Below, in pieces: positions 39,101-54,100 of a DNA stretch of 64,000 bases. The position numbers and the translations under genes are program-made. A model generated the notes under the pieces. The model saw only the letters and a program-made list of their open reading frames with translations. It made no database searches and was not told the DNA's origin. Numbering within the stretch: position 1 is the first letter of the stretch; each line of letters begins with the position of its first letter. Source of the stretch: the human T2T-CHM13v2.0 reference genome, Homo sapiens; the NCBI RefSeq assembly GCF_009914755.1, contig NC_060927.1; one strand, given 5' to 3'.

Positions 39101-42100
39101 TAAAATATGAAAGTACATCAAATATATATTTTATTCTGTACATAAAATATCAAAGTACACCAGATATATATTCTATAGTGTACATAAAATATCAAAGTAC
39201 CCAAACTATACATTATATACTGTACATAAAATATGAAATTACAGCAAATATATATTATATTAGGTACATAAAATATGAAAGTACATCAAATATAGATTAT
39301 ATACTCTACATTAAATACCAAAGTACCCAAATATATATTTTATACTGTACATGAAATATCAAAGTTCACAAACTATATATTATATACTGTACATAAAATA
39401 TCAATGTACCCAAGGTATATATTCTATACTGCACAAAAAATATCAAAGTACCCAAAGCATGTATTATATACTGTATATAAAATATGAAAGTACATCAAAT
39501 ATATATTTTATTCTGTACATAAAATATCAAAGTACACCAGATATATATTCTATAGTGTACATAAAATATCAAAGTACCCAAACTATACATTATATACTGT
39601 ACATAAAATATGAAATTACATCAAATATATATTATATTAGGTACATTAAATACGAAAGTACATCAAATATAGATTATATACTGTACATAAAATATGAAAG
39701 TACCCCAATATATATTATATACTCTACATGAAATATCAAAGTTCACAAACTATATATTATGTACTGTACATAAAATATCAAACTACCCAAGGTATATATT
39801 CTATACTGTACAAAAAATATCAAAGTACCCAAAGCATGTATTATATAATGTACATAAAATATGAAAGTACATCAAATATATATTTTATTCTGTACATAAA
39901 ATATCAAAGAACACCAGATATATATTCTATAGTGTACATAAAATATCAAAGTACCCAAACTATACATTATATACTGTACATAAAATATGAAATTACATCA
40001 TATATATATTAGGTACATAAAATATGAAAGTACATCAAATATATATTTTATTCTGTACATAAAATATCAAAGTACACCAGATATATATTCTATAGTGTAC
40101 ATAAAATAACAAAGTACACAAACTATAAATTATATACTGTACATAAAATATGAAATTACATCAAATATATATTAGGTACATAAAATATGAAAGTACATCA
40201 AATATAGATTATATACTGTACATATAATATCAATGTACCCGAAATATATATTTTATACTCTACATGAAATATCAAAGTTCACAAACCATATATTGTATAC
40301 TGCACATAAAATATCAAAATACACAAGGTATATATTCTATACTGTACAAAAAATATCAAAGTACCCAAAGCAGGTATTATATACTGTATATAAAATATGA
40401 AAGTACATCAAATATATATTTTATTCTGTACATAAAATATCAAAGTACCCCAGATATATATTCTATAGTGTACATAAAATATCAAGGTACCCAAACTATA
40501 TATTATATACTGTACATAAAATATGAAATTACAGCAAATATATATTATATTAGGTACATAAAATATGAAAGTACATCAAATATAGATTATATACTGTACA
40601 TTAAATACCAAAGTACCCCAAATATATATTTTATACTGTACATGAAATATCAAAGTTCACAAACTATATATTATATACTGTACATAAAATATCAATGTAC
40701 CCAAGGTATATATTCTATACTGCACAAAAAATATCAAAGTACCCAAAGCATGTATTATATACTGTATATAAAATATGAAAGTACATCAAATATATATTTT
40801 ATTCTGTACATAAAATATCAAAGTACACCAGATATATATTCTATAGTGTACATAAAATATCAAAGTACCCAAACTATACATTATATACTGTACATAAATA
40901 TGAAATTACATCAAATATATATTATATTAGGTACATAAAATATGAAAGTACATGAAGTATAGATTATATACTGTAGATAAAATATCAAAGTACCCCAAAT
41001 TTATATTATATACTATACATGAAATATCAAAGTTCACAAACTATATATTATATACTGTACATAAAATATCAAAGTACCCAAGGTATATATTCTATAGTGT
41101 ACAAAAAATATCAAAGTACCCAAAGCATGTATTATATACCGTACATAAAATATAAAATTACATCAAATATATATTTTATTCTGTACATAAAATATCAAAG
41201 TATACCAGATATATATACTATAGTGTACATAAAATATCAAAGTACCCAAACTATACATTATACACTGTACATAAAATATGAAATTACATCAAATATATAT
41301 TAGGTACATAAAATATGAAAGTACATCAAATATAGATTATATACTGTAAATATAATATCAATGTACCCCAAATATATATTTTATACTCTACATGAAATAT
41401 CAAAGTTCACAAACCATATATTATATACTGTACATAAAATATCAAAGTACCCAAGGTATATATTCTATACTGTGCAAAAAATATCAAAGTACCCAAAGCA
41501 TGTATTATATACTGTATATAAAATATGAAAGTACATCAAATATATAATTTATTCTGTACATAAAATGTCAAAGTACACCAGATATATATTCTATAGTGTA
41601 CATAAAATATCAAAGTACCCAAACTATACATTATATACTGTACATAAAATATGAAATTACATCAAATATATATTAAGTACATAAAATATGAAAGTACATC
41701 AAATATAGATTATATAGTGTACATAAAATATCAATGTACACCAAATATATATTATATACTCTACATGAAATATCAAAGTTCACAAACTATATATTATATA
41801 CTGTCCATAAAATATCAAAGTACCCAAGGTATATATTTTATACTGTACAAAAAATATCAAAGTACCCAAAGCATGTATTATATACTATACCTAAAATATG
41901 AAAGTACATCAAATATATATTTTATTCTGTACATAAAATATCAAAGTACACCAGATATATATTCTACAGTGTATATAAAATATCAAAGTACCCAAACTAT
42001 ACATTATATACTGTACATAAAATATGAAATTACATCAAATATATATTATATTAGGTACATAAAATATGAAAGTACATGAAGTATAGATTATATACTGTAC

Positions 42101-45100
42101 ATAAAATATCAAAGTACCCCAAATTTATATTATATACTATACATGAAATATCAAAGTTCACAAACTATATATTATATACTGTACATAAAATATCAAAGTA
42201 CCCAAGGTATATATTCTATAGTGTACAAAAAATATCAAAGTACCCAAAGCATGTATTATATACCGTACGTAAAATATAAAATTACATCAAATATATATTT
42301 TATTCTGTACATAAAATATCAAAGTACACCAGATATATATACTATAGTGTACATAAAATATCAAAGTACCCAAACTATACATTATACACTGCACATAAAA
42401 TATGAAATTACATCAAATATATATTAGGTACATAAAATATGAAAGTACATCAAATATATATTTTATTCTGTACATAAAATATCAAAGTACACCAGATATA
42501 TATTCTATAGTGTACATAAAATAACAAAGTACACAAACTATAAATTATATCCTGTACATAAAATATGAAATTACATCAAATATATATTAGGTACATAAAA
42601 TATGAAAGTACATCAAATATAGATTATATACTGTACATTAAGTACCAAAGTACACCAAATATATATTTTATTCTGTACATAAAATATCAAAGTACACCAG
42701 ATATATATTCTATAGTGTACATAAAATATCAAAGTACCCAAACTATACATTATATACTGTACATAAAATATGAAATTACAGCAAATATATATTATATTAG
42801 GTAAATGAAATATGAAAGTACATCAAATATAGATTATATACTGTACATAAAATATGAAAGTACCCCAAATATATATTATATACTCTACATGAAATATCAA
42901 AGTTCACAAACTATATATTATATACTGTACATAAAATATCAAAGTACCCAAGGTATATATTCTATACTGTACAAAAAATATCAAAGTATCCAAAGCATGT
43001 ATTATATACTGTATATAAAATATGAAAGTACATCAAATATATATTTTATTCTGTACATAAAATATCAAAGTACACCAGATATATATTCTATAGTGTACAT
43101 AAAATATCAAAGTACCCAAACTATACATTATATACTGTACATAAAATATGAAATTACAGCAAATATATATTATATTAGGTACATAAAATATGAAAGTACA
43201 TCAAATATAGATTATATACTCTACATTAAATACCAAAGTACCCCAAATATATATTTTATACTGTACATGAAATATCAAAGTTCACAAACTATATATTATA
43301 TACTGTACATAAAATATCAATGTACCCAAGGTATATATTCTATACTGCACAAAAAATATCAAAGTACCCAAAGCATGTATTATATACTGTATATAAAATA
43401 TGAAAGTACATCAAATATATATTTTATTCTGTACATAAAATATCAAAGTACACCAGATATATATTCTATAGTGTACATAAAATATCAAAGTACCCAAACT
43501 ATACATTATATACTGTACATAAAATATGAAATTACATCAAATATATATTATATTAGGTACATAAAATACGAAAGTACATCAAATATAGATTATATACTGT
43601 ACATAAAATATGAAAGTACCCCAATATATATTATATACTCTACATGAAATATCAAAGTTTACAAACTATATATTATGTACTGTACATAAAATATCAAACT
43701 ACCCAAGGTATATATTCTATACTGTACAAAAAATATCAAAGTACCCAAAGCATGTATTATATAATGTACATAAAATATGAAAGTACATCAAATATATATT
43801 TTATTCTGTACATAAAATATCAAAGAACACCAGATATATATTCTATAGTGTACATAAAATATCAAAGTACCCAAACTATACATTATATACTGTACATAAA
43901 ATATGAAATTACATCAAATATATATTATATTAGGTACATAAAATATGAAAGTACATCAAATATAGATTATATACTGTAAATATAATATCAATGTACCCCA
44001 AATATATATTTTATACTCTACATGAAATATCAAAGTTCACAAACCATATATTATATACTGTACATAAAATATCAAAGTACCCAAGGTATATATTCTATAC
44101 TGTACAAAAAATATCAAAGTACCCAAAGCATGTATTATATACTATACCTAAAATATGAAAGTACATCAAATATATATTTTATTCTGTACATAAAATATCA
44201 AAGTACACCAGATATATATTCTACAGTGTACATAAAATATCAAAGTACCCAAACTATACATTATATACTGTACATAAAATATGAAATTACATCAAATATA
44301 TATTATATTAGGTACATAAAATACGAAAGTACATCAAATATAGATTATATACTGTACATAAAATATCAAAGTACCCCAATATATATTATATACTGTACAT
44401 GAAATATCAAAGTTCACAAACTATATATTATGTACTGTACATAAAATATCAAACTACCCAAGGTATATATTCTATACTGTACAAAAAATATGAAAGTACC
44501 CAAAGCATGTATTATATAATGTACATAAAATATGAAAGTACATCAAATATATATTTTATTCTGTACATAAAATATCAAAGAACACCAGATATATATTCTA
44601 TAGTGTACATAAAATATCAAAGTACCCAAACTATACATTATATACTGTACATAAAATATGAAATTACATCATATATATATTAGGTACATAAAATATGAAA
44701 GTACATCAAATATATATTTTATTCTGTACATAAAATATCAAAGTACACCAGATATATATTCTATAGTGTACATAAAATAACAAAGTACACAAACTATAAA
44801 ATATATACTGTACATAAAATATGAAATTACATCAAATATATATTAGGTACATAAAATATGAAAGTACATCAAATATAGATTATATACTGTACATATAATA
44901 TCAATGTACCCGAAATATATATTTTATACTCTACATGAAATATCAAAGTTCACAAACCATATATTGTATACTGCACATAAAATATCAAAATACACAAGGT
45001 ATATATTCTATACTGTACAAAAAATATCAAAGTACCCAAAGCAGGTATTATATACTGTATATAAAATATGAAAGTACATCAAATATATATTTTATTCTGT

Positions 45101-48100
45101 ACATAAAATATCAAAGTACACCAGATATATATTCTATAGTGTACATAAAATATCAAGGTACCCAAACTATATATTATATACTGTACATAAAATATGAAAT
45201 TACAGCAAATATATATTATATTAGGTACATAAATTATGAAAGTACATCAAATATAGATTATATACTGTACATTAAATACCAAAGTACCCCAAATATATAT
45301 TTTATACTGTACATGAAATATCAAAGTTCACAAACTATATATTATATACTGTACATAAAATATCAATGTACCCAAGGTATATATTCTATACTGCACAAAA
45401 AATATCAAAGTACCCAAAGCATGTATTATATACTGTATATAAAATATGAAAGTACATCAAATATATATTTTATTCTGTACATAAAATATCAAAATACACC
45501 AGATATATATTCTATAGTGTACATAAAATATCAAAGTACCCAAACTATACATTATATACTGTACATAAATATGAAATTACATCAAATATATATTATATTA
45601 GGTACATAAAATATGAAAGTACATGAAGTATAGATTATATACTGTAGATAAAATATCAAAGTACCCCAAATTTATATTATATACTATACATGAAATATCA
45701 AAGTTCACAAACTATATATTATATACTGTACATAAAATATCAAAGTACCCAAGGTATATATTCTATAGTGTACAAAAAATATCAAAGTACCCAAAGCATG
45801 TATTATATACCGTACATAAAATATAAAATTACATCAAATATATATTTTATTCTGTACATAAAATATCAAAGTACACCAGATATATATACTATAGTGTACA
45901 TAAAATATCAAAGTACCCAAACTATACATTATACACTGTACATAAAATATGAAATTACATCAAATATATATTAGGTACATAAAATATGAAAGTACATCAA
46001 ATATAGATTATATACTGTAAATATAATATCAATGTACCCCAAATATATATTTTATACTCTACATGAAATATCAAAGTTCACAAACCATATATTATATACT
46101 GTACATAAAATATCAAAGTACCCAAGGTATATATTCTATACTGTGCAAAAAATATCAAAGTACCCAAAGCATGTATGATATACTGTATATAAAATATGAA
46201 AGTACATCAAATATATATTTTATTCTGTACATAAAATGTCAAAGTACACCAGATATATATTCTATAGTGTACATAAAATATCAAAGTACCCAAACTATAC
46301 ATTATATACTGTACATAAAACATGAAATTACATCAAATATATATTAAGTACATAAAATATGAAAGTACATCAAATATAGATTATATAGTGTACATAAAAT
46401 ATCAATGTACACCAAATATATATTATATACTCTACATGAAATATCAAAGTTCACAAACTATATATTATATACTGTCCATAAAATATCAAAGTACCCAAGG
46501 TATATATTTTATACTGTACAAAAAATATCAAAGTACCCAAAGCATGTATTATATACTATACCTAAAATATGAAAGTACATCAAATATATATTTTATTCTG
46601 TACATAAAATATCAAAGTACACCAGATATATATTCTACAGTGTATATAAAATATCAAAGTACCCAAACTATACATTATATACTGTACATAAAATATGAAA
46701 TTACATCAAATATATATTATATTAGGTACATAAAATATGAAAGTACATGAAGTATAGATTATATACTGTACATAAAATATCAAAGTACCCCAAATTTATA
46801 TTATATACTATACATGAAATATCAAAGTTCACAAACTATATATTATATACTGTACATAAAATATCAAAGTACCCAAGGTATATATTCTATAGTGTACAAA
46901 AAATATCAAAGTACCCAAAGCATGTATTATATACCGTATGTAAAATATAAAATTACATCAAATATATATTTTATTCTGTACATAAAATATCAAAGTACAC
47001 CAGATATATATACTATAGTGTACATAAAATAACAAAGTACCCAAACTATACATTATACACTGCACATAAAATATGAAATTACATCTAATATATATTAGGT
47101 ACATAAAATATGAAAGTACATCAAATATAGATTATATACTGTAAATATAATATCAATGTACCCCAAATATATATTTTATACTCTACATGAAATATCAAAG
47201 TTCACAAACCATATATTATATACTGTACATAAAATATCAAAGTACCCAAGGTATATATTCTATACTGTACAAAAAATATCAAAGTACCCAAAGCATGTAT
47301 TATATACTGTACATAAAATATGAAAGTACATCAAATATATATTTTATTCTGTACATAAAATATCAAAGTACACCAGATATATATTCTAAAGTGTACATAA
47401 AATAACAAAGTACACAAACTATAAATTATATCCTGTACATAAAATATGAAATTACATCAAATATATATTAGGTACATAAAATATGAAAGTACATCAAATA
47501 TAGATTATATACTGTACATTAAGTACCAAAGTACACCAAATATATATTTTATTCTGTACATAAAATATCAAAGTACACCAGATATATATTCTATAGTGTA
47601 CATAAAATATCAAAGTACCCAAACTATACATTATATACTGTACATAAAATATGAAATTACAGCAAATATATATTATATTAGGTAAATGAAATATGAAAGT
47701 ACATCAAATATAGATTATATACTGTACATAAAATATGAAAGTACCCCAAATATATATTATATACTCTACATGAAATATCAAAGTTCACAAATTATATATT
47801 ATATACTGTACATAAAATATCAAAGTACCCAAGGTATATATTCTATACTGTACAAAAAATATCAAAGTATCCAAAGCATGTATTATATACTGTATATAAA
47901 ATATGAAAGTACATCAAATATATATTTTATTCTGTACATAAAATATCAAAGTACACCAGATATATATTCTATAGTGTACATAAAATATCAAAGTACCCAA
48001 ACTATACATTATATACTGTACATAAAATATGAAATTACAGCAAATATATATTATATTAGGTACATAAAATATGAAAGTACATCAAATATAGATTATATAC

Positions 48101-51100
48101 TGTACATTAAATACCAAAGTACCCCAAATATATATTTTATACTGTACATGAAATATCAAAGTTCACAAATTATATATTATATACTGTACATAAAATATCA
48201 ATGTACCCAAGGTATATATTCTATACTGCACAAAAAATATCAAAGTACCCAAAGCATGTATTATATACTGTATATAAAATATGAAAGTACATCAAATATA
48301 TATTTTATTCTGTACATAAAATATCAAAGTACACCAGATATATATTCTATAGTGTACATAAAATATCAAAGTACCCAAACTATACATTATATACTGTACA
48401 TAAAATATGAAATTACATCAAATATATATTATATTAGGTACATAAAATACGAAAGTACATCAAATATAGATTATATACTGTACATAAAATATGAAAGTAC
48501 CCCTATATATATTATATACTCAACATGAAATATCAAAGTTTACAAACTATATATTATGTACTGTACATAAAATATCAAAGTACCCAAGGTATATATTCTA
48601 TACTGTACAAAAAATATCAAAGTACCCAAAGCATGTATTATATAATGTACATAAAATATGAAAGTACATCAAATATATATTTTATTCTGTACATAAAATA
48701 TCAAAGAACACCAGATATATATTCTATAGTGTACATAAAATATCAAAGTACCCAAACTATACATTATATACTGTACATAAAATATGAAATTACATCAAAT
48801 ATATATTATATTAGGTACATAAAATATGAAAGTACATCAAATATAGATTATATACTGTAAATATAATATCAATGTACCCCAAATATATATTTTATACTCT
48901 ACATGAAATATCAAAGTTCACAAACCATATATTATATACTGTACATAAAATATCAAAGTACCCAAGGTATATATTCTATACTGTACAAAAAATATCAAAG
49001 TACCCAAAGCATGTATTATATACTATACCTAAAATATGAAAGTACATCAAATATATATTTTATTCTGTACATAAAATATCAAAGTACACCAGATATATAT
49101 TCTACAGTGTACATAAAATATCAAAGTACCCAAACTATACATTATATACTGTACATAAAATATGAAATTACATCAAATATATATTATATTAGGTACATAA
49201 AATACGAAAGTACATCAAATATAGATTATATACTGTACATAAAATATCAAAGTACCCCAATATATATTATATACTGTACATGAAATATCAAAGTTCACAA
49301 ACTATATATTATGTACTGTACATAAAATATCAAAGTACCCAAGGTATATATTCTATACTGTACAAAAAATATCAAAGTACCCAAAGCATGTATTATATAA
49401 TGTACATAAAATATGAAAGTACATCAAATATATATTTTATTCTGTACATAAAATATCAAAGTACACCAGATATATATTCTATAGCGTACATAAAATATCA
49501 AAGTACACAAACTATACATTATATACTGTACATAAAATATGAAATTACATCAAATATATATTATATTAGGTAAATGAAATATGAAAGTACATCAAATATA
49601 GATTATATACTGTACATAAAATATGAAAGTACCCCAAATATATATTATATACTCTACATGAAATATCAAAGTTCACAAACTATATATTATATACTGTACA
49701 TAAAATATCAAAGTACCCAAGGTATATATTCTATACTGTACAAAAAATATCAAAGTATCCAAAGCATGTATTATATACTGTATATAAAATATGAAAGTAC
49801 ATCAAATATATATTTTATTCTGTACATAAAATATCAAAGTACACCAGATATATATTCTATAGCGTACATAAAATATCAAAGTACACAAACTATACATTAT
49901 ATACTGTACATAAAATATGAAATTACATCAAATATATATTATATTAGGTACATAAAATATGAAAGTACATCAAATATAGATTATATACTCTACATTAAAT
50001 ACCAAAGTACCCCAAATATATATTTTATACTGTACATGAAATATCAAAGTTCACAAACTATATATTATATACTGTACATAAAATATCAATATACCCAAGG
50101 TATATATTCTATACTGCACAAAAAATATCAAAGTACCCAAAGCATGTATTATATACTGTATATAAAATATGAAAGTACATCAAATATATATTTTATTCTG
50201 TACATAAAATATCAAAGTACACCAGATATATATTCTATAGTGTACATAAAATATCAAAGTACCCAAACTATACATTATATACTGTACATAAAATATGAAA
50301 TTACATCAAATATATATTATATTAGGTACATAAAATACGAAAGTACATCAAATATAGATTATATACTGTACATAAAATATGAAAGTACCCCAATATATAT
50401 TATATACTCTACATGAAATATCAAAGTTCACAAACTATATATTATGTACTGTACATAAAATATCAAACTACCCAAGGTATATATTCTATACTGTACAAAA
50501 AATATCAAAGTACCCAAAGCATGTATTATATAATGTACATAAAATATCAAAGTACATCAAATATATATTTTATTCTGTACATAAAATATCAAAGAACACC
50601 AGATATATATTCTATAGTGTACATAAAATATCAAAGTACCCAAACTATACATTATATACTGTACATAAAATATGAAATTACATCAAATATATATTATATT
50701 AGGTACATAAAATATGAAAGTACATCAAATATAGATTATATACTGTAAATATAATATCAATGTACCCCAAATATATATTTTATACTCTACATGAAATATC
50801 AAAGTTCACAAACCATATATTATATACTGTACATAAAATATCAAAGTACCCAAGGTATATATTCTATACTGTACAAAAAATATCAAAGTACCCAAAGCAT
50901 GTATTATATACTGTATATAAAATATGAAAGTACATCAAATATATATTTTATTCTGTACATAAAATATCAAAGTACACCAGATATATATTCTATAGTGTAC
51001 ATAAAATAACAAAGTACACAAACTATAAATTATATCCTGTACATAAAATATGAAATTACATCAAATATATATTAGGTACATAAAATATGAAAGTACATCA

Positions 51101-54100
51101 AATATAGATTATATACTGTACATTAAGTACCAAAGTACACCAAATATATATTTTATTCTGTACATAAAATATCAAAGTACACCAGATATATATTCTATAG
51201 TGTACATAAAATATCAAAGTACCCAAACTATACATTATATACTGTACATAAAATATGAAATTACATCAAATATATATTATATTAGGTAAATGAAATATGA
51301 AAGTACATCAAATATAGATTATATACTGTACATAAAATAGCAAAGTACCCCAAATATATATTATATACTGTACATGAAATATCAAAGTTCACAAACTATA
51401 TATTATGTACTGTACATAAAATATCAAAGTACCCAAGGTATATATTCTATACTGTACAAAAAATATCAAAGTACCCAAAGCATGTATTATATAATGTACA
51501 TAAAATATGAAAGTACATCAAATATATATTTTATTCTGTACATAAAATATCAAAGAACACCAGATATATATTCTATAGTGTACATAAAATATCAAAGTAC
51601 CCAAACTATACATTATATACTGTACATAAAATATGAAATTACATCATATATATATTAGGTACATAAAATATGAAAGTACATCAAATATATATTTTATTCT
51701 GTACATAAAATATCAAAGTACACCAGATATATATTCTATAGTGTACATAAAATAACAAAGTACACAAACTATAAATTATATACTGTACATAAAATATGAA
51801 ATTACATCAAATATATATTAGGTACATAAAATATGAAAGTACATCAAATATAGATTATATACTGTACATATAATATAAATGTACCCGAAATATATATTTT
51901 ATACTCTACATGAAATATCAAAGTTCACAAACCATATATTGTATACTGCACATAAAATATCAAAATACCCAAGGTATATATTCTATACTGTACAAAAAAT
52001 ATCAAAGTACCCAAAGCAGGTATTATATACTGTACATAAAATATGAAAGTACATCAAATATATATTTTATTCTGTACATAAAATATCAAAGTACACCAGA
52101 TATATATTCTATAGCGTACATAAAATATCAAAGTACACAAACTATACATTATATACTGTACATAAAATATGAAATTACATCAAATATATATTATATTAGG
52201 TACATAAAAGATGAAAGTACATCAAATATAGATTATATACTGTAAATATAATATCAATGTACCCCAAATATATATTTTATACTCTACATGAAATATCAAA
52301 GTTCACAAACCATATATTATATACTGTACATAAAATATCAAAGTACCCAAGGTATATATTCTATACTGTACAAAAAATATCAAAGTATCCAAAGCATGTA
52401 TTATATACTGTATATAAAATATGAAAGTACATCAAATATATATTTTATTCTGTATATAAAATATCAAAGTACACCAGATATATATTCTATAGCGTACATA
52501 AAATATCAAAGTACACAAACTATACATTATATACTGTACATAAAATATGAAATTACATCAAATATATATTATATTAGGTACATAAAATATGAAAGTACAT
52601 CAAATATAGATTATATACTGTAAATATAATATCAATGTACCCCAAATATATATTTTATACTCTACATGAAATATCAAAGTTCACAAACCATATATTATAT
52701 ACTGTACATAAAATATCAAAGTACCCAAGGTATATATTCTATACTGTACAAAAAATATCAAAGTACCCAAAGCATGTATTATATACTGTACATAAAATAT
52801 GAAAGTACATCAAATATATATTTTATTCTGTACATAAAATATCAAAGTACACCAGATATATATTCTATAGTGTACATAAAATATCAAAGTACCCAAACTA
52901 TACATTATATACTGTACATAAAATATGAAATTACATCAAATATATATTATATTAGGTAAATGAAATATGAAAGTACATCAAATATAGATTATATACTGTA
53001 CATAAAATATGAAAGTACCCCAAATATATATTATATACTCTACATGAAATATCAAAGTTCACAAACTATATATTATATACTGTACATAAAATATCAAAGT
53101 ACCCAAGGTATATATTCTATACTGTACAAAAAATATCAAAGTATCCAAAGCATGTATTATATACTGTATATAAAATATGAAAGTACATCAAATATATATT
53201 TTATTCTGTACATAAAATATCAAAGTACACCAGATATATATTCTATAGTGTACATAAAATATCAAAGTACCCAAACTATACATTATATACTGTACATAAA
53301 ATATGAAATTACAGCAAATATATATTATATTAGGTACATAAAATATGAAAGTATATCAAATATAGATTATATACTCTACATTAAATACCAAAGTACCCCA
53401 AATATATATTTTATACTGTACATGAAATATCAAAGTTCACAAACTATATATTATATACTGTAAATAAAATATCAATGTACCCAAGGTATATATTCTATAC
53501 TGCACAAAAAATATCAAAGTACCCAAAGCATGTATTATATACTGTATATAAAATAGGAAAGTACATCAAATATATATTTTATTCTGTACATAAAATATCA
53601 AAGTACACCAGATATATATTCTATAGTGTACATAAAATATCAAAGTACCCAAACTATACATTATATCCTGTACATAAAATATGAAATTACATCAAATATA
53701 TATTATATTAGGTACTTAAAATACGAAAGTACATCAAATATAGATTATATACTGTACATAAAATATGAAAGTACCCCAATATATATTATATACTCTACAT
53801 GAAATATCAAAGTTCACAAACTATATATTATGTACTGTACATAAAATATCAAACTACCCAAGGTATATATTCTATACTGTACAAAAAATATCAAAGTACC
53901 CAAAGCATGTATTATATAATGTACATAAAATATGAAAGTACATCAAATATATATTTTATTCTGTACATAAAATATCAAAGAACACCAGATATATATTCTA
54001 TAGTGTACATAAAATATCAAAGTACCCAAACTATACATTATATACTGTACATAAAATATGAAATTACATCATATATATATTAGGTACATAAAATATGAAA

